A stretch of DNA of 64,000 nt. Origin: a virus (Duplodnaviria; Caudoviricetes). A program made the position numbers and the translations under genes. This document shows, one piece after another, positions 39,564-49,554 of this stretch (its first letter is position 1; every line of letters starts with the position of its first letter). The stretch lies in the IMG/VR virus record IMGVR_UViG_3300018405_000011; one strand, written 5' to 3'. The notes under the pieces were generated by a model that was not told where the DNA came from, ran no database searches, and was given only the letters and a program-made list of their open reading frames with translations.

Positions 39564-40042
39564 AATCCATGGTACTGGATACCTACACTCTCGCTTCTAG
39601 ACTACTGTCCCATGCTGACTATATGCAACACGAACTAATGCAGCCATGGCCATTTCCTTTTAAGCCCACTATCGAAGTCTTCCAAGGAATGCTAGTAGCC
39701 CATGCTAAAGACATCGTAGAGTATAGTCTATGTGCCCACATTCGTGGACATCATGATTCTCAGCTAGAGCTATGCTGTCAATCCCTAACGGGACGTAATA
39801 ATCCAGAACAGGCTCAGTCCTTAAAGCGCTTCTATAATGAAATCGCAGGAATGGACTGGCATGAGCGAATCATTGCTTTAGTCGGTACACAAACCTACGA
39901 CATCTGGAATATTGATGCGACACCCGACACAGTAGTCATCGTACATATAGGTGATTTTCGAATAATGGAGTGGGAACGAGACCATATGGAAAACGGAGAG
40001 TATTATGCAGACCCCATTACTATTAGGAATTCACGACGTTAA
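39545..40042 (+). CDS. Conserved hypothetical protein (array gene 2)
   Basis: AAGGAG RBS; TYDIWNI...HIGDFRIMEWER C-terminus seen in chimallivirus gp43-type genes (recalled). Confidence 0.6.
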   Translation: MRPDYLKSMVLDTYTLASRLLSHADYMQHELMQPWPFPFKPTIEVFQGMLVAHAKDIVEYSLCAHIRGHHDSQLELCCQSLTGRNNPEQAQSLKRFYNEIAGMDWHERIIALVGTQTYDIWNIDATPDTVVIVHIGDFRIMEWERDHMENGEYYADPITIRNSRR

Positions 40043-40406
40043 GGAGTGCCTGGGTGCGACTCTAGAGACCTATGGGTTTGTGTTCCATGGGCCTCTAGAA
40101 GAAATCGTTAAGCACGAATTCGAATGTCATTTCTATGGTAAGACCTTTCGTGACCTCACGGTATCTCCGTTAGAAGAGTACTTTGACAATAACCGTGTTC
40201 CTACCGATTACCGCCACTACATATACTCCGTGTTAGCAGAACAGTTCAGTCGCCTTATTGACCGCATTGTTGATAGCCAAGCACGTGAGTATTACCATTA
40301 CCAATTAGAATGGGTAGATAACCTTACCGTCTATTTACATAGATTGGAACCTACTCTTACCGATACATCTAGTTCATCACTGGAGGGACTGTTATGCAGT
40401 TATTAG
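40005..40406 (+). CDS. Hypothetical protein (array gene 3)
   Basis: GGAG RBS; overlaps both neighbours. Confidence 0.62.
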   Translation: MQTPLLLGIHDVKECLGATLETYGFVFHGPLEEIVKHEFECHFYGKTFRDLTVSPLEEYFDNNRVPTDYRHYIYSVLAEQFSRLIDRIVDSQAREYYHYQLEWVDNLTVYLHRLEPTLTDTSSSSLEGLLCSY

Positions 40407-41092
40407 TAAACCACCACGATGCAGGTAGTCCGTATTATCGTAATAAAGCACTAGCCGCGGTTGCGGCTAGTGCTTTATATTCTTTAGCACAGACTTTTCT
40501 TTGCAGAACGTATAATCGTCATCAGGACTTGAATGAAGTGAACGGCATGTTCCGTCACGCTATTTCTGCCCTATTGAACGAAACCCCGGTCGAGCACTAC
40601 TACGACCCAGAACCATGTAGCTGTACCACACATTATGTCCAGTGCCCCCAATGTTTAGATAAACAAAATACATTAAGTGCGTCTGGCCTAGTATTAGATA
40701 GTCTACCCTTTGCTGATTTACATGTCCAGAACTGCGAGTGTTATGACCAAGAAAGCATTTGCCAGTCATGTCTGATGAACGAGCAATATGAACGTGAAAT
40801 TGAAATGATCATTTACGAGTTGTCTAACAACATGATGATTACACGCGAAATGATAGACTTTCTAATGGCTTACCCGTCACCAAACGTTTATCTGATTGAC
40901 GATAATACCATCATGTTAACTGACCAAAACTTGCCTCAGTACAGCCTGCCTGCGTATAATAACACTGCTCCTGGATTTGGAGTATTCCGTAATGCAATGG
41001 TGGGTGGTCCAGTGCAGAGCATAAAGTCCTATCTTAACGCTACACCAACACATGTCTTTTATCCTCATGCGCTAATGGATGCAGAGTTATGA
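40394..41092 (+). CDS. Cys-cluster protein (array gene 4)
   Basis: Two C-x-C-x6-C-x2-C clusters. Confidence 0.65.
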   Translation: MQLLVNHHDAGSPYYRNKALAAVAASALYSLAQTFLCRTYNRHQDLNEVNGMFRHAISALLNETPVEHYYDPEPCSCTTHYVQCPQCLDKQNTLSASGLVLDSLPFADLHVQNCECYDQESICQSCLMNEQYEREIEMIIYELSNNMMITREMIDFLMAYPSPNVYLIDDNTIMLTDQNLPQYSLPAYNNTAPGFGVFRNAMVGGPVQSIKSYLNATPTHVFYPHALMDAEL

Positions 41093-41430
41093 AGTTAGTC
41101 ATCCATTTTAAACATATTCACCTCCTACAGGGCATTCCTGTAGGGAGTGACTTATGGGAGATGTGGAAACTGGCAATAGAGATGCACTGCTGGAATATTC
41201 CGCATAGTGAGATACGCGCTGAGTTACAGGAATTTGAAGGGTGTTTTAATAATGGTAATGTAGACTGGAAGGTAGAATTTACAGACATTATAGATACCAT
41301 AATCCACACACTAGCATCCTCAGCTAAACAAGACCACAGCGCGCTATTATGTGAGTATGATGGTCTAACGCTGGATGACATCGATGTGTTGGATTCGGAA
41401 AGTCTAATATTGGAGTTTAACAATGAGTAA
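41089..41430 (+). CDS. Acidic hypothetical protein (array gene 5)
   Basis: Coupled overlap with both neighbours. Confidence 0.62.
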   Translation: MKLVIHFKHIHLLQGIPVGSDLWEMWKLAIEMHCWNIPHSEIRAELQEFEGCFNNGNVDWKVEFTDIIDTIIHTLASSAKQDHSALLCEYDGLTLDDIDVLDSESLILEFNNE

Positions 41431-41782
41431 CTTTATTGTATTGTTGCACCATGAAGACATCATGGACTACATCGAAGGCACTGACTATACCTTTAAGCAT
41501 GCCTTAGGGGTCTGGGTACGTGGTCTTATTATGGGTCGGTCAGAAATGGCCATCTTTAAAGACGTTGAGACTCTCTTTAGTGGACCAGAAGAAGAGTTTG
41601 AAGACTTCTGTGATGATGTCACTACGATTATGGCCAATATCGATGAGGGTAGTCTCAGGCGAGTTAAGTCTCTTTACTGTGCCAAGGAAGAAGAGATAGG
41701 CGCCAGTGCCTTAGCGTGCTATGTCGAGGTTAATGCTATTGACCAGCATACGCTAGGCTTTACCGTAACAGGGATAAAGTAA
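41423..41782 (+). CDS. Acidic hypothetical protein (array gene 6)
   Basis: GGAG RBS; coupled. Confidence 0.62.
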   Translation: MSNFIVLLHHEDIMDYIEGTDYTFKHALGVWVRGLIMGRSEMAIFKDVETLFSGPEEEFEDFCDDVTTIMANIDEGSLRRVKSLYCAKEEEIGASALACYVEVNAIDQHTLGFTVTGIK

Positions 41783-42139
41783 ATGTCTAAATACTTACAC
41801 CGAGTCGTGGCCCCGTCTAATGGCGTACTAGAGCAAATCCTAGGAAGGTTCTGCAGTAGTAATGTTCCACCGGACGATTTTGAGACTCGTCTCAGGGATG
41901 TTCTTAGCTTTACCTACTCTACAGTTCGTGGAATAGAATGCGAACCGTTCCCTTTCGAAACCCTAGAAGGAGATAAAATCGTTAAGGCAAGACTTCAGCT
42001 ATTTAAGCAAATCATAAGTAGCCTTAGTGAGGCTGCCCTAGTCGAACTGAGGTATGACTCTTCTGTGGGTAATGACCTCATCTTTTTAACGGTGACCTAT
42101 GAGCCAAAACCCAACATCCCCAACCCCCACTATCGGTAA
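41783..42139 (+). CDS. Hypothetical protein (array gene 7)
   Basis: Start abuts the upstream stop. Confidence 0.6.
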   Translation: MSKYLHRVVAPSNGVLEQILGRFCSSNVPPDDFETRLRDVLSFTYSTVRGIECEPFPFETLEGDKIVKARLQLFKQIISSLSEAALVELRYDSSVGNDLIFLTVTYEPKPNIPNPHYR

Positions 42140-42536
42140 CCTTCAGCAAATGATAATCCAGGTCATAGGGATACAGAAACTGATTAACCTTTATCCAGAG
42201 GGATTTTCAGTGATGATTAAACCTACCCTGGACTGTCTATTGCAAGGCATCCGTGATAGAGATGATATATTAGAACATCTCTACGAAGATACCTGTGAAG
42301 GGTTATTGGTCCGTGTTTGCCACTGTCACTCCATGCGCATGGACTGTGCTGACTGTGAAGACATGGCCCACGTTGATAGTCTAGCCATCGGGCTGTTAGA
42401 CGCCCTTTTAGAACTACTGTTAAAATCGGACTTAGTATTGGATGAGATGGCAGTCTTTCTTTCACCGAGTCATTTCTTTGACTACCAAGTCCGTGTATTG
42501 GACAATGATAGTCTAGTACTTGATAAGAGGCTATAA
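42099..42536 (+). CDS. Cys-cluster protein (array gene 8)
   Basis: CHCHSMRMDCADC motif. Confidence 0.6.
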   Translation: MSQNPTSPTPTIGNLQQMIIQVIGIQKLINLYPEGFSVMIKPTLDCLLQGIRDRDDILEHLYEDTCEGLLVRVCHCHSMRMDCADCEDMAHVDSLAIGLLDALLELLLKSDLVLDEMAVFLSPSHFFDYQVRVLDNDSLVLDKRL

Positions 42537-42538
42537 CA

Positions 42539-42886
42539 ATGGAACCCTTTGAAAAGGTCTCTTTAATCATAAGAGACCCCTCTTTAAGTGAATATGTCAC
42601 TAAACTCAAAGAGATACACTGGTATGACTTACCCATTGAAAACGAAGTCGACCCATTCGTGTACGCTCAAGAAATGTTCTTAAAGTTAAATAACGACATT
42701 TATGGCGCCACTCAAGGTAAGTACTGTGACCCTGAAATTGTAGATGCCTTCTTAGAGTTTAAAGCCAAACTCGAGCACTCCATTGCATCCAATCATTACT
42801 TACCTCTCTATCGCTTAGAACACCTTACACTGGCTAGTGTAGAGTTTGTTTCCATGGACGGCGATGTTGTCGCTGTCTTTGATTAA
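42539..42886 (+). CDS. Acidic hypothetical protein (array gene 9)
   Basis: GAGG RBS. Confidence 0.62.
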   Translation: MEPFEKVSLIIRDPSLSEYVTKLKEIHWYDLPIENEVDPFVYAQEMFLKLNNDIYGATQGKYCDPEIVDAFLEFKAKLEHSIASNHYLPLYRLEHLTLASVEFVSMDGDVVAVFD

Positions 42887-42916
42887 AAGAATCTAGTAGG
42901 ATTAAGGAGATTACCC

Positions 42917-43333
42917 ATGACCATTTATGACATTGTCCCTGGACAGAAACTGAAGTTTTCAATCTATGGACAGATTAACAGCGTGAAGAACTTCGAAGGA
43001 ACAATTGCCGGGCTAGTACTCGGCAGCTATGTTCCACAAACCGAAGACCCTTCCATTAACCATGCTAACATTTACCCAACCTTACCGGACTCTCGTAAAG
43101 AAGCGTTCCAAGACCTTTATACTTCATACCAGTATGTTCAGCTAGTACGTGCGGATAACAGCATTGTATATATCGGACTACCATGGATTAATGATGCAAC
43201 CATTGAGTCTTTAGAAAACGTTATTTGTGACATCCGCCTAACTAACTTTAAAGCTTCTCGTCGTGACGAACTCGTTCTCAAGTTAGCACAGTGGAACTTT
43301 GATGTAGAAAAGATAACGGTATCGACCGAGTAA
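42917..43333 (+). CDS. Conserved chimallivirus protein preceding DNA polymerase (phiKZ gp49-like)
   Basis: HANIYPTLP...YQYVQL...GLPWI motif; position directly upstream of the polymerase. Confidence 0.6.
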   Translation: MTIYDIVPGQKLKFSIYGQINSVKNFEGTIAGLVLGSYVPQTEDPSINHANIYPTLPDSRKEAFQDLYTSYQYVQLVRADNSIVYIGLPWINDATIESLENVICDIRLTNFKASRRDELVLKLAQWNFDVEKITVSTE

Positions 43334-43534
43334 TTATTTTAAATGGGCTTGTCTTATAGCATAGGTAAAGGCGGGTCCAGTTCATGATCGCACATGAATG
43401 GCTTTACCAATTGGGTTTGGACAACAAAGTGTTGTTATTTTTCAGATACTCTAGGCTTCGTGCTTAGGGTATCTGTTTTTTTTTTTGCTTTTTTACAAGA
43501 CATGGGAATAGATTAGACCCAAAAGGAGATAACC

Positions 43535-45700
43535 ATGTCCGCCTTTGTAAAACCTTTAGATTACTATAGCCGAGATTATGACATCATCGGTAACTATAAG
43601 CAGTCCATGTCACAGGTCATTCATCTGTGCACTGGCGCAACAGTAGAAGAAGCACGTTCATTTTTAGATGTCAAAATGGATAATGAGTGGAAACCTAAAT
43701 CCCCTCAAATGAAAGCTCTGATGCGTGAACCCCGCGCTGACCGTGCTAAAAAGAAAATCGATTTTTTATCTTACATGGACTGGGTGTCAGCACAGAACCA
43801 TATCTTAGCCCCAAACCTTATCTGTTACGCTAACCCTAACATTGAAGAATCTTTCCTTTCTGGCTTTATCTCCAACAACCTAGCAACTCGTTCTGCGGTT
43901 AAGAAGGAAGGTCAAGCAGCCGGTATGGCTGGGGATAAGGAACATGAGAAGTTTTGTGACCTATTACAAGCTAACTATAAAATCCGAAACAACTCTATCA
44001 GTGGCGCACTATCGAGTCCGTTCAACCCATTGTACTACGCTTCGTCTCATACATCCTTAACCAGTGTGTGTCGTACGATTACGTCGTATGCCAATGCCTG
44101 CAATGAAAAGTTAATGGCCTCTAACCGCCATTACTATAGCCCTGAGGTTACAATAGAGAACATTGCCTATGTTACCTCCCATGCTGACCTAACTGCCGTG
44201 TCAATGGCAATGGATGCGTTTAACATTAGTCCGCCATCGGTTGACTTTGTGTTAAACCAAATCTTTGAATCTACCAGACTGTACTGGAATCAGGAATCGT
44301 CAGAAGCCATGATTGAAACCATGGTTCGCAATATGACGGATGTTGAACGCGCTGCCTTTAGCTTTACAGGTGACCTACACGCGCTCCATCAGTCTAACGA
44401 TACTGTGGTTCGTTTATTCTATGATAAACTTTCTACGCGCACTGCGCCGGTCATGGATAAGGCAGAGCAGGAAAAATGGCTAGGTGTCGCTGAAGATAAT
44501 GAAATCGCTCTAGCGTCTTTATTGTGTTCAGACTTTATGAAAGGTAAAAAACCAAAAGACCTAGACCCAGAAGGTTATGGGGTTTGGATTGGACACATCA
44601 AGAATGTACTGACGGTGCTGGATGAATATCAGCTCTTTATTGACGCATTCATCAGTACTCGTCTAATGGTAGGGGCTATCCATAGTTTACCCACGATTGT
44701 ACGTAAGGTCGTCGTAGGGTCAGACACAGACTCTTCTATCTTTAGTACGCAGAAGCAAGTGAAGTGGTATACTGGCGCGATAGACTTTAGTCATGCTGCC
44801 GTGCAAGCCGGAGCCATTACGTCGTATCTCGCTTCACAACACATTGTGCATACCTTAGCACTGCTGTCAGGGCAGATGGCTGTTAAGAAAGACTTACTAT
44901 TTAAACTCTCTATGAAATCAGAGTTCTATAGTAAAGGATACTCGCAAACCGGGGTCACAAAGGTATACACTATGTCAATAGACGCTCAGGAAGGAAACGT
45001 TTTTGGTAAACCTAAACTTGAGGTGAAAGGTGTACTATTAAAGAGCTCTAAACTCCCAGGTCCTGTGCGTGATGAAATTGAGAAATTCATCTGGTACTGC
45101 ATGGGTGCCCCTGGTGTAAAAGGAGGAATATCCCCACTGCAACCTGCTGCCATTTTAGCCAAGATAGAGCATCGCATTATGCATCACTTACGTAGTGGTA
45201 ATACGACGTACTTTAAAACCGAACAGATTAAGACTACAGCTACTTATGCAGCAGAAGACAGTGCTGCGCAGGTGGTGTGTAAAGACATATGGAATGAACT
45301 GTTTGGGGCAGAGAAAGGGTATATCGAGCAACTGCCGGCGGATGCCTATAAGGTTAACGTTGATTTAAGCAAGATGGATAAGCTTATGGCATGGGGTGAC
45401 ATGTTAGGACAAGATAAGAAGAACAAACTTCGTGAGTTCTTACATCAGCGAGGTAAGTCGTCCATGACACAGCTATTAGCCCCTACAGAGCTAATGGAAG
45501 GAGGCGTGATACCTAAAGAGTTGCTAATGGTAATGGATACGAGAAAGGTACTCTTTTCTCTGATGCAGCCATTTTATATTCTGAGTAACGCATTAAGCCT
45601 TAATATCGCTAACTCTAAGTTCACCCATTTCTGGAGTGATGACTTTACAGAAGAACAGGCAGATAAACATTTGCCAGAAGGATACACCATAGAAATCTAG
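43535..45700 (+). CDS. Family B DNA polymerase, polymerase domain (phiKZ gp50-like split enzyme)
   Basis: Motif B YKIRNNSISG, motif C VGSDTDS, and LEVKGVLLKSS; no N-terminal exonuclease domain. Confidence 0.85.
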   Translation: MSAFVKPLDYYSRDYDIIGNYKQSMSQVIHLCTGATVEEARSFLDVKMDNEWKPKSPQMKALMREPRADRAKKKIDFLSYMDWVSAQNHILAPNLICYANPNIEESFLSGFISNNLATRSAVKKEGQAAGMAGDKEHEKFCDLLQANYKIRNNSISGALSSPFNPLYYASSHTSLTSVCRTITSYANACNEKLMASNRHYYSPEVTIENIAYVTSHADLTAVSMAMDAFNISPPSVDFVLNQIFESTRLYWNQESSEAMIETMVRNMTDVERAAFSFTGDLHALHQSNDTVVRLFYDKLSTRTAPVMDKAEQEKWLGVAEDNEIALASLLCSDFMKGKKPKDLDPEGYGVWIGHIKNVLTVLDEYQLFIDAFISTRLMVGAIHSLPTIVRKVVVGSDTDSSIFSTQKQVKWYTGAIDFSHAAVQAGAITSYLASQHIVHTLALLSGQMAVKKDLLFKLSMKSEFYSKGYSQTGVTKVYTMSIDAQEGNVFGKPKLEVKGVLLKSSKLPGPVRDEIEKFIWYCMGAPGVKGGISPLQPAAILAKIEHRIMHHLRSGNTTYFKTEQIKTTATYAAEDSAAQVVCKDIWNELFGAEKGYIEQLPADAYKVNVDLSKMDKLMAWGDMLGQDKKNKLREFLHQRGKSSMTQLLAPTELMEGGVIPKELLMVMDTRKVLFSLMQPFYILSNALSLNIANSKFTHFWSDDFTEEQADKHLPEGYTIEI

Positions 45701-45730
45701 TTAGTAAAATGTGTTTCAGTGCAAAGTAAA

Positions 45731-45741
45731 ACCTATATTCC
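45731..45741 (+). promoter_or_regulatory. Phage early-type promoter motif
   Basis: AAAACCTATATTCCCATAGTG. Confidence 0.6.
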
Positions 45742-45837
45742 CATAGTGTATATGAGTAAATAAAACAATGACTCTGTGTCCCTTAAGCCTTCGCTTAAGG
45801 GACACTCGGTCTTTTTTCTTTTTTAGGGAGTATAAAA

Positions 45838-46122
45838 ATGCGCATTTCAAATATGGAAATCAATGAAGACTTTACCGTTCAATGTATTAAAGGCAGTCTG
45901 GTTGCAGTTATTACCATTGGCCTATTTAAAACCAGTGATATTAAAACTGAACGAGTCGTGGTTCAGTTACAGCGTAAGGGTAAGTTAGACACTATCTACG
46001 ATGCTGTAACTCGTAAAGCCTTAGCTATCTCTTTACGTGATAAAGGCATTAAGTCAGCTACTGATGTAGAAGCTTACTTATATGAAGAGATGTTAAAGCG
46101 ATACGCGATATTCGAAGCATAA
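45838..46122 (+). CDS. Hypothetical protein
   Basis: GGGAG RBS; own promoter; terminator hairpin at 46122-46153. Confidence 0.62.
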   Translation: MRISNMEINEDFTVQCIKGSLVAVITIGLFKTSDIKTERVVVQLQRKGKLDTIYDAVTRKALAISLRDKGIKSATDVEAYLYEEMLKRYAIFEA

Positions 46123-46159
46123 ATAGAGAGGAGGGCAAACCCGTCCTCTCTATTTTTTT

Positions 46160-47242
46160 TTAGTTAAACGAGAAAGCAACGTCTGTATAGCCTAAGGTGA
46201 TTAAGTCCACAATATCTCGGTTAGGGGCTTTTTCAATCACGCGTTGCGACCTTAATACACGGTCGTATTTGCGCCATAGGTTTTCCTGTGTAGTCTGCTC
46301 TGGGTTATTAGGAGTAAACTTAAGGCATACCTGAATAGAAGGGATAATCGCCGCAAACTGAACCCAGTGATTCTGTGGACTAATGTCAGTGGCCAATTCA
46401 GGTAGCCCTATACCCATGTCCGGATACACAAACGAAGGTACATGGGATAGTATTTTCTCCCATGTAGCAGAACGGTTGGATACGTCCTCTAGAAGCCCAT
46501 AAAGGGTTTCGAGTAACTCACTGGTGCGGTTAGGAATAGCGAGATGAGTAGGAAAGCTCCCACTATCCATCTCCCATGCCCCCTTACCTATTACTAGGCT
46601 GCGCATCATGATGGCGTCCATCTGTGACCACATCATAGATGGGTATACGTATTGTCCGATAAAGTGCTCAATCCGACGCTGATATTCTACAGGCAGCTTT
46701 TGGTTTTCCAGATGCCAACCTAAATACATGTAGGCGAGTAGTCCTATGTCGATGCTTACGACACAGTAGTTAATGTCTCCCTCATCAATGAGGTCTGGGC
46801 GAACATATGACCCTTTAACGCCCGCTCGGTCGATTACGCGTAGAGGTTGGAGGGTTTTCCATGGAGCTTGACTAAATACACGGTGGCGGTTTTTCACCAC
46901 GGTCTCTGCGACTAGTATTGTCTGTGTGCGCTCTCCGTAAAAGAGGCCACTGAATGCTTCACCCGAATTCTGCGATGTGGTAATGCCAACACTAAAAGCA
47001 AGCTCTTCAATGTTCTCATTAACCTTATTATACAGCCCTAAGGAATCGGTTGTCAATAGCCCTTGTAGTCGATAGCATAGACGTACAATAGGACTGGACA
47101 TGTCAATCGGCACATACTTGTTGTTATAGTAGTTAATTGCCGTTGCTATGTTTTTGGCTTGAAGTTTTACCAAGCGGTCAAGCCCTGCCTCTATTGTGAG
47201 TCCACGAGACAGGCCAGTAAATGTTTTAAAAAGGGGTAACAT
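46160..47242 (-). CDS. Conserved core protein between DNA polymerase and chimallin (phiKZ gp52-like)
   Basis: 360 aa, opposite strand; GITTSQNSGEAFSGLFYG, WKTLQPLRV and SIDIGLL motifs; synteny. Confidence 0.6.
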   Translation of the reverse strand: MLPLFKTFTGLSRGLTIEAGLDRLVKLQAKNIATAINYYNNKYVPIDMSSPIVRLCYRLQGLLTTDSLGLYNKVNENIEELAFSVGITTSQNSGEAFSGLFYGERTQTILVAETVVKNRHRVFSQAPWKTLQPLRVIDRAGVKGSYVRPDLIDEGDINYCVVSIDIGLLAYMYLGWHLENQKLPVEYQRRIEHFIGQYVYPSMMWSQMDAIMMRSLVIGKGAWEMDSGSFPTHLAIPNRTSELLETLYGLLEDVSNRSATWEKILSHVPSFVYPDMGIGLPELATDISPQNHWVQFAAIIPSIQVCLKFTPNNPEQTTQENLWRKYDRVLRSQRVIEKAPNRDIVDLITLGYTDVAFSFN

Positions 47243-47423
47243 GACATGGCCTCTAGTAATAAAAAATATGGATGTCCTATAGGATGTGGACGATGCACTT
47301 TGGTGTTATCGCCCAGTGCAAAAATGCTATTAGAGGAATAAGTAACTATACTTTGCCTAATAGTATGTTAGAGTTTATCCTTGATTGGGTAAACCTAACA
47401 GGTAGACTGTCCACTTTTCTGTT

Positions 47424-47451
47424 TTTCAAGAAAACGTGACACCTATATTCC
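47424..47451 (+). promoter_or_regulatory. Early-type promoter of chimallin, 25 bp identical to the 11648 promoter
   Basis: TTTCAAGAAAACGTGACACCTATAT then TCC. Confidence 0.7.
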
Positions 47452-47555
47452 CCATATGCTTTAACATCATTAAAACAATTGATGTTAGCGGAAATAAGCC
47501 ATACACGGCTTTTTCTTTTATTTAAATTATCATATCTCACCAGAGGATATTTACT

Positions 47556-49433
47556 ATGTTCGATCCAAATGAAAACAAAGCACCTAAAGCAACTAAAGTT
47601 CCAGCAGGCGACAATACTCAAGCAACATCGCAATCAAGCGACTTTTTCTCTGACTATCTAGCCGGTGCTTCTGACGTAGCATCACGTTCTTCTGAAATCG
47701 TAGTTAAGGCAGTTGAGTTCCTAAACAAACGTTCTGAAGACGCTAAGCGTCTAAACGCTGACCGTGTAGGTCTACGTTTCACTCACATCGATGACGAAAC
47801 AGCGCTAGGTCTACCTGTTATCATCGCTTACAACACTAAAGGTCCGGTTAACGGTTTCTTCACTATCATCGTTGAAGAAGGCGCATACGACGGTAAGTTA
47901 AAAGGTCGTGAAGTACATGTACTGAACGAACAGATTGTTATCGACCAATCGACTTCTGATTATTGGGATGGTATCTTAGTTACAACTATCGCTAAGCATC
48001 TGAAGCAGCTTACTCAAAAAGACTATGCGCACAATAGCTACATGGTTGCACGCGAGTGCATGGACTTGTCTAACGAGAAGTACCTAGGTGCACTATACGC
48101 GACATCAGAGCGTAACCTAATGTCTCTGTCTGTAGTTAATGTCCCAACAATCGAAAACTTGAACCAACACGGTCTGTCATTGGAAATAAGCCATGACGTA
48201 TCACCTGGTGCAACAGTTGAAGATTTAGAAGGTAACCCTGTTTACTGTGACGTTGAATCAACCGTAAGTCTAGGTGTGCCACGTGACCGCAACAACAAAA
48301 ACCGTTCACACAATGCCCGTGAGCGTCGTGCTACTCTTGTAAACGTACGTAGTTACCTAGACTTCGTGTTCCAACCAGCAAGTCAAGTCGCTACGTTACC
48401 TGGCACTCAAGAAATGATTCGCCCAGCATACCACCCAGTATTGATTCAAGCAGACAGCTCAGGTATCGATGCTCAAACTGGTAAAGCATTTGAATCACGT
48501 GAAACTGCACTGTTCGCATTGCTAGCAATGGCAGAGCTGGCGGCTAACCGTAACTACATCAACATTCTGCGTCGTAACCACGGCGGTAAACCAGAAATTG
48601 GTGTATTAGGCTACCGTTGGGAAGGTCGCTACGGTGTACAAGACTGGGTACCGGCCGAAGTAGAAATCGATAAAGGTATCGCTACTGGCATGAACTCAGG
48701 TCGTCAAACACTGGATGCTTACCTAAAACGTAACGTACACGACACTATTACAGTAGCAGTCGACGTACTACGCGGTGGTCGTAACGCATGGATCTATGAA
48801 CCATACGTACAGTCAGTGCTAGCGAACAACCCAAATGACCGTCTAGAAGCGAACACCAATATTGTTCGTATGATTGACGCGTTCACTAAAGGTCACTTCT
48901 CTGCACTATGGCCAGAAAACAAACCTATCTTCCAAGAGTCTGTTGTTGCAGTACACTCAGCAACTTACTTAGACAAAGATGGTCACGTACATGACGTACG
49001 TGAATGTGGTACGCTACAGCTACACCAACTTTACAAAGAGCAAACTGATGCACGCATGGCTGAGTTTGAAAAATCAATGGCACCGGGTGGTTCTAACGGT
49101 GATGTTGGTCTAGTCAACATTCACAATCGTCGTCAAGTACTAAAACAAGTACTAGGTGCAGAAATCAATGGTATGATTGAACGTCTGTTCTACATGCCTG
49201 ACTTCTTCCCTGTGTTCTTAGAAGCGTGTGGTCGCGCTGGTCTTCGTGTTAGCTCTGAAGGTCTACACGACACAACTGTAGCTGGTAACATGGGCGTGGA
49301 TAACTTCCACGCTGGTCAAATGCCTACAATGACAGGTATTTACCAAACCTCTACAGGTGGTTATGCAAACGGCCAAGGTCAATACATCGGTGGCAACTAC
49401 AGCTACGGTGCATATGGTGCCTACAACGGTTAA
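47556..49433 (+). CDS. chmA: Chimallin, major phage nuclear shell protein (phiKZ gp54-like)
   Basis: 625 aa; position between the gp52-like gene and nvRNAP beta'; disordered N-terminus and Gly/Tyr-rich C-terminus; visibly high-expression codon bias; early promoter and strong terminator. Call rests on synteny and size, not alignment. Confidence 0.8.
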   Translation: MFDPNENKAPKATKVPAGDNTQATSQSSDFFSDYLAGASDVASRSSEIVVKAVEFLNKRSEDAKRLNADRVGLRFTHIDDETALGLPVIIAYNTKGPVNGFFTIIVEEGAYDGKLKGREVHVLNEQIVIDQSTSDYWDGILVTTIAKHLKQLTQKDYAHNSYMVARECMDLSNEKYLGALYATSERNLMSLSVVNVPTIENLNQHGLSLEISHDVSPGATVEDLEGNPVYCDVESTVSLGVPRDRNNKNRSHNARERRATLVNVRSYLDFVFQPASQVATLPGTQEMIRPAYHPVLIQADSSGIDAQTGKAFESRETALFALLAMAELAANRNYINILRRNHGGKPEIGVLGYRWEGRYGVQDWVPAEVEIDKGIATGMNSGRQTLDAYLKRNVHDTITVAVDVLRGGRNAWIYEPYVQSVLANNPNDRLEANTNIVRMIDAFTKGHFSALWPENKPIFQESVVAVHSATYLDKDGHVHDVRECGTLQLHQLYKEQTDARMAEFEKSMAPGGSNGDVGLVNIHNRRQVLKQVLGAEINGMIERLFYMPDFFPVFLEACGRAGLRVSSEGLHDTTVAGNMGVDNFHAGQMPTMTGIYQTSTGGYANGQGQYIGGNYSYGAYGAYNG

Positions 49434-49461
49434 TTTGTAGTATTAAACCTACGTAAGAAAT

Positions 49462-49510
49462 AAGCTGAAGGCTGCGGTGAAAGCCGTGGTCTTCAGCTTT
49501 CTTATCTTTT
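49462..49510 (+). terminator. Intrinsic terminator after chmA
   Basis: AAGCTGAAGGCTGCGG-TGAAAG-CCGTGGTCTTCAGCTT followed by a T-run. Confidence 0.7.
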
Positions 49511-49554
49511 TTCTTTTTCTGTATAAAGCACTACTACTAACAAGGATAGCACGA

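Noticed and set aside
42900-42917. 17/18 match (GATTAAGGAGATTACCCA) to the predicted guide of omegaRNA 1, suggesting self-targeting or repression of the gp49-like gene
   Set aside because: The match is mostly the common AAGGAG RBS context, the mismatch is near the TAM, and the 3' neighbour is TGACC rather than ATAAR. It is probably coincidental.
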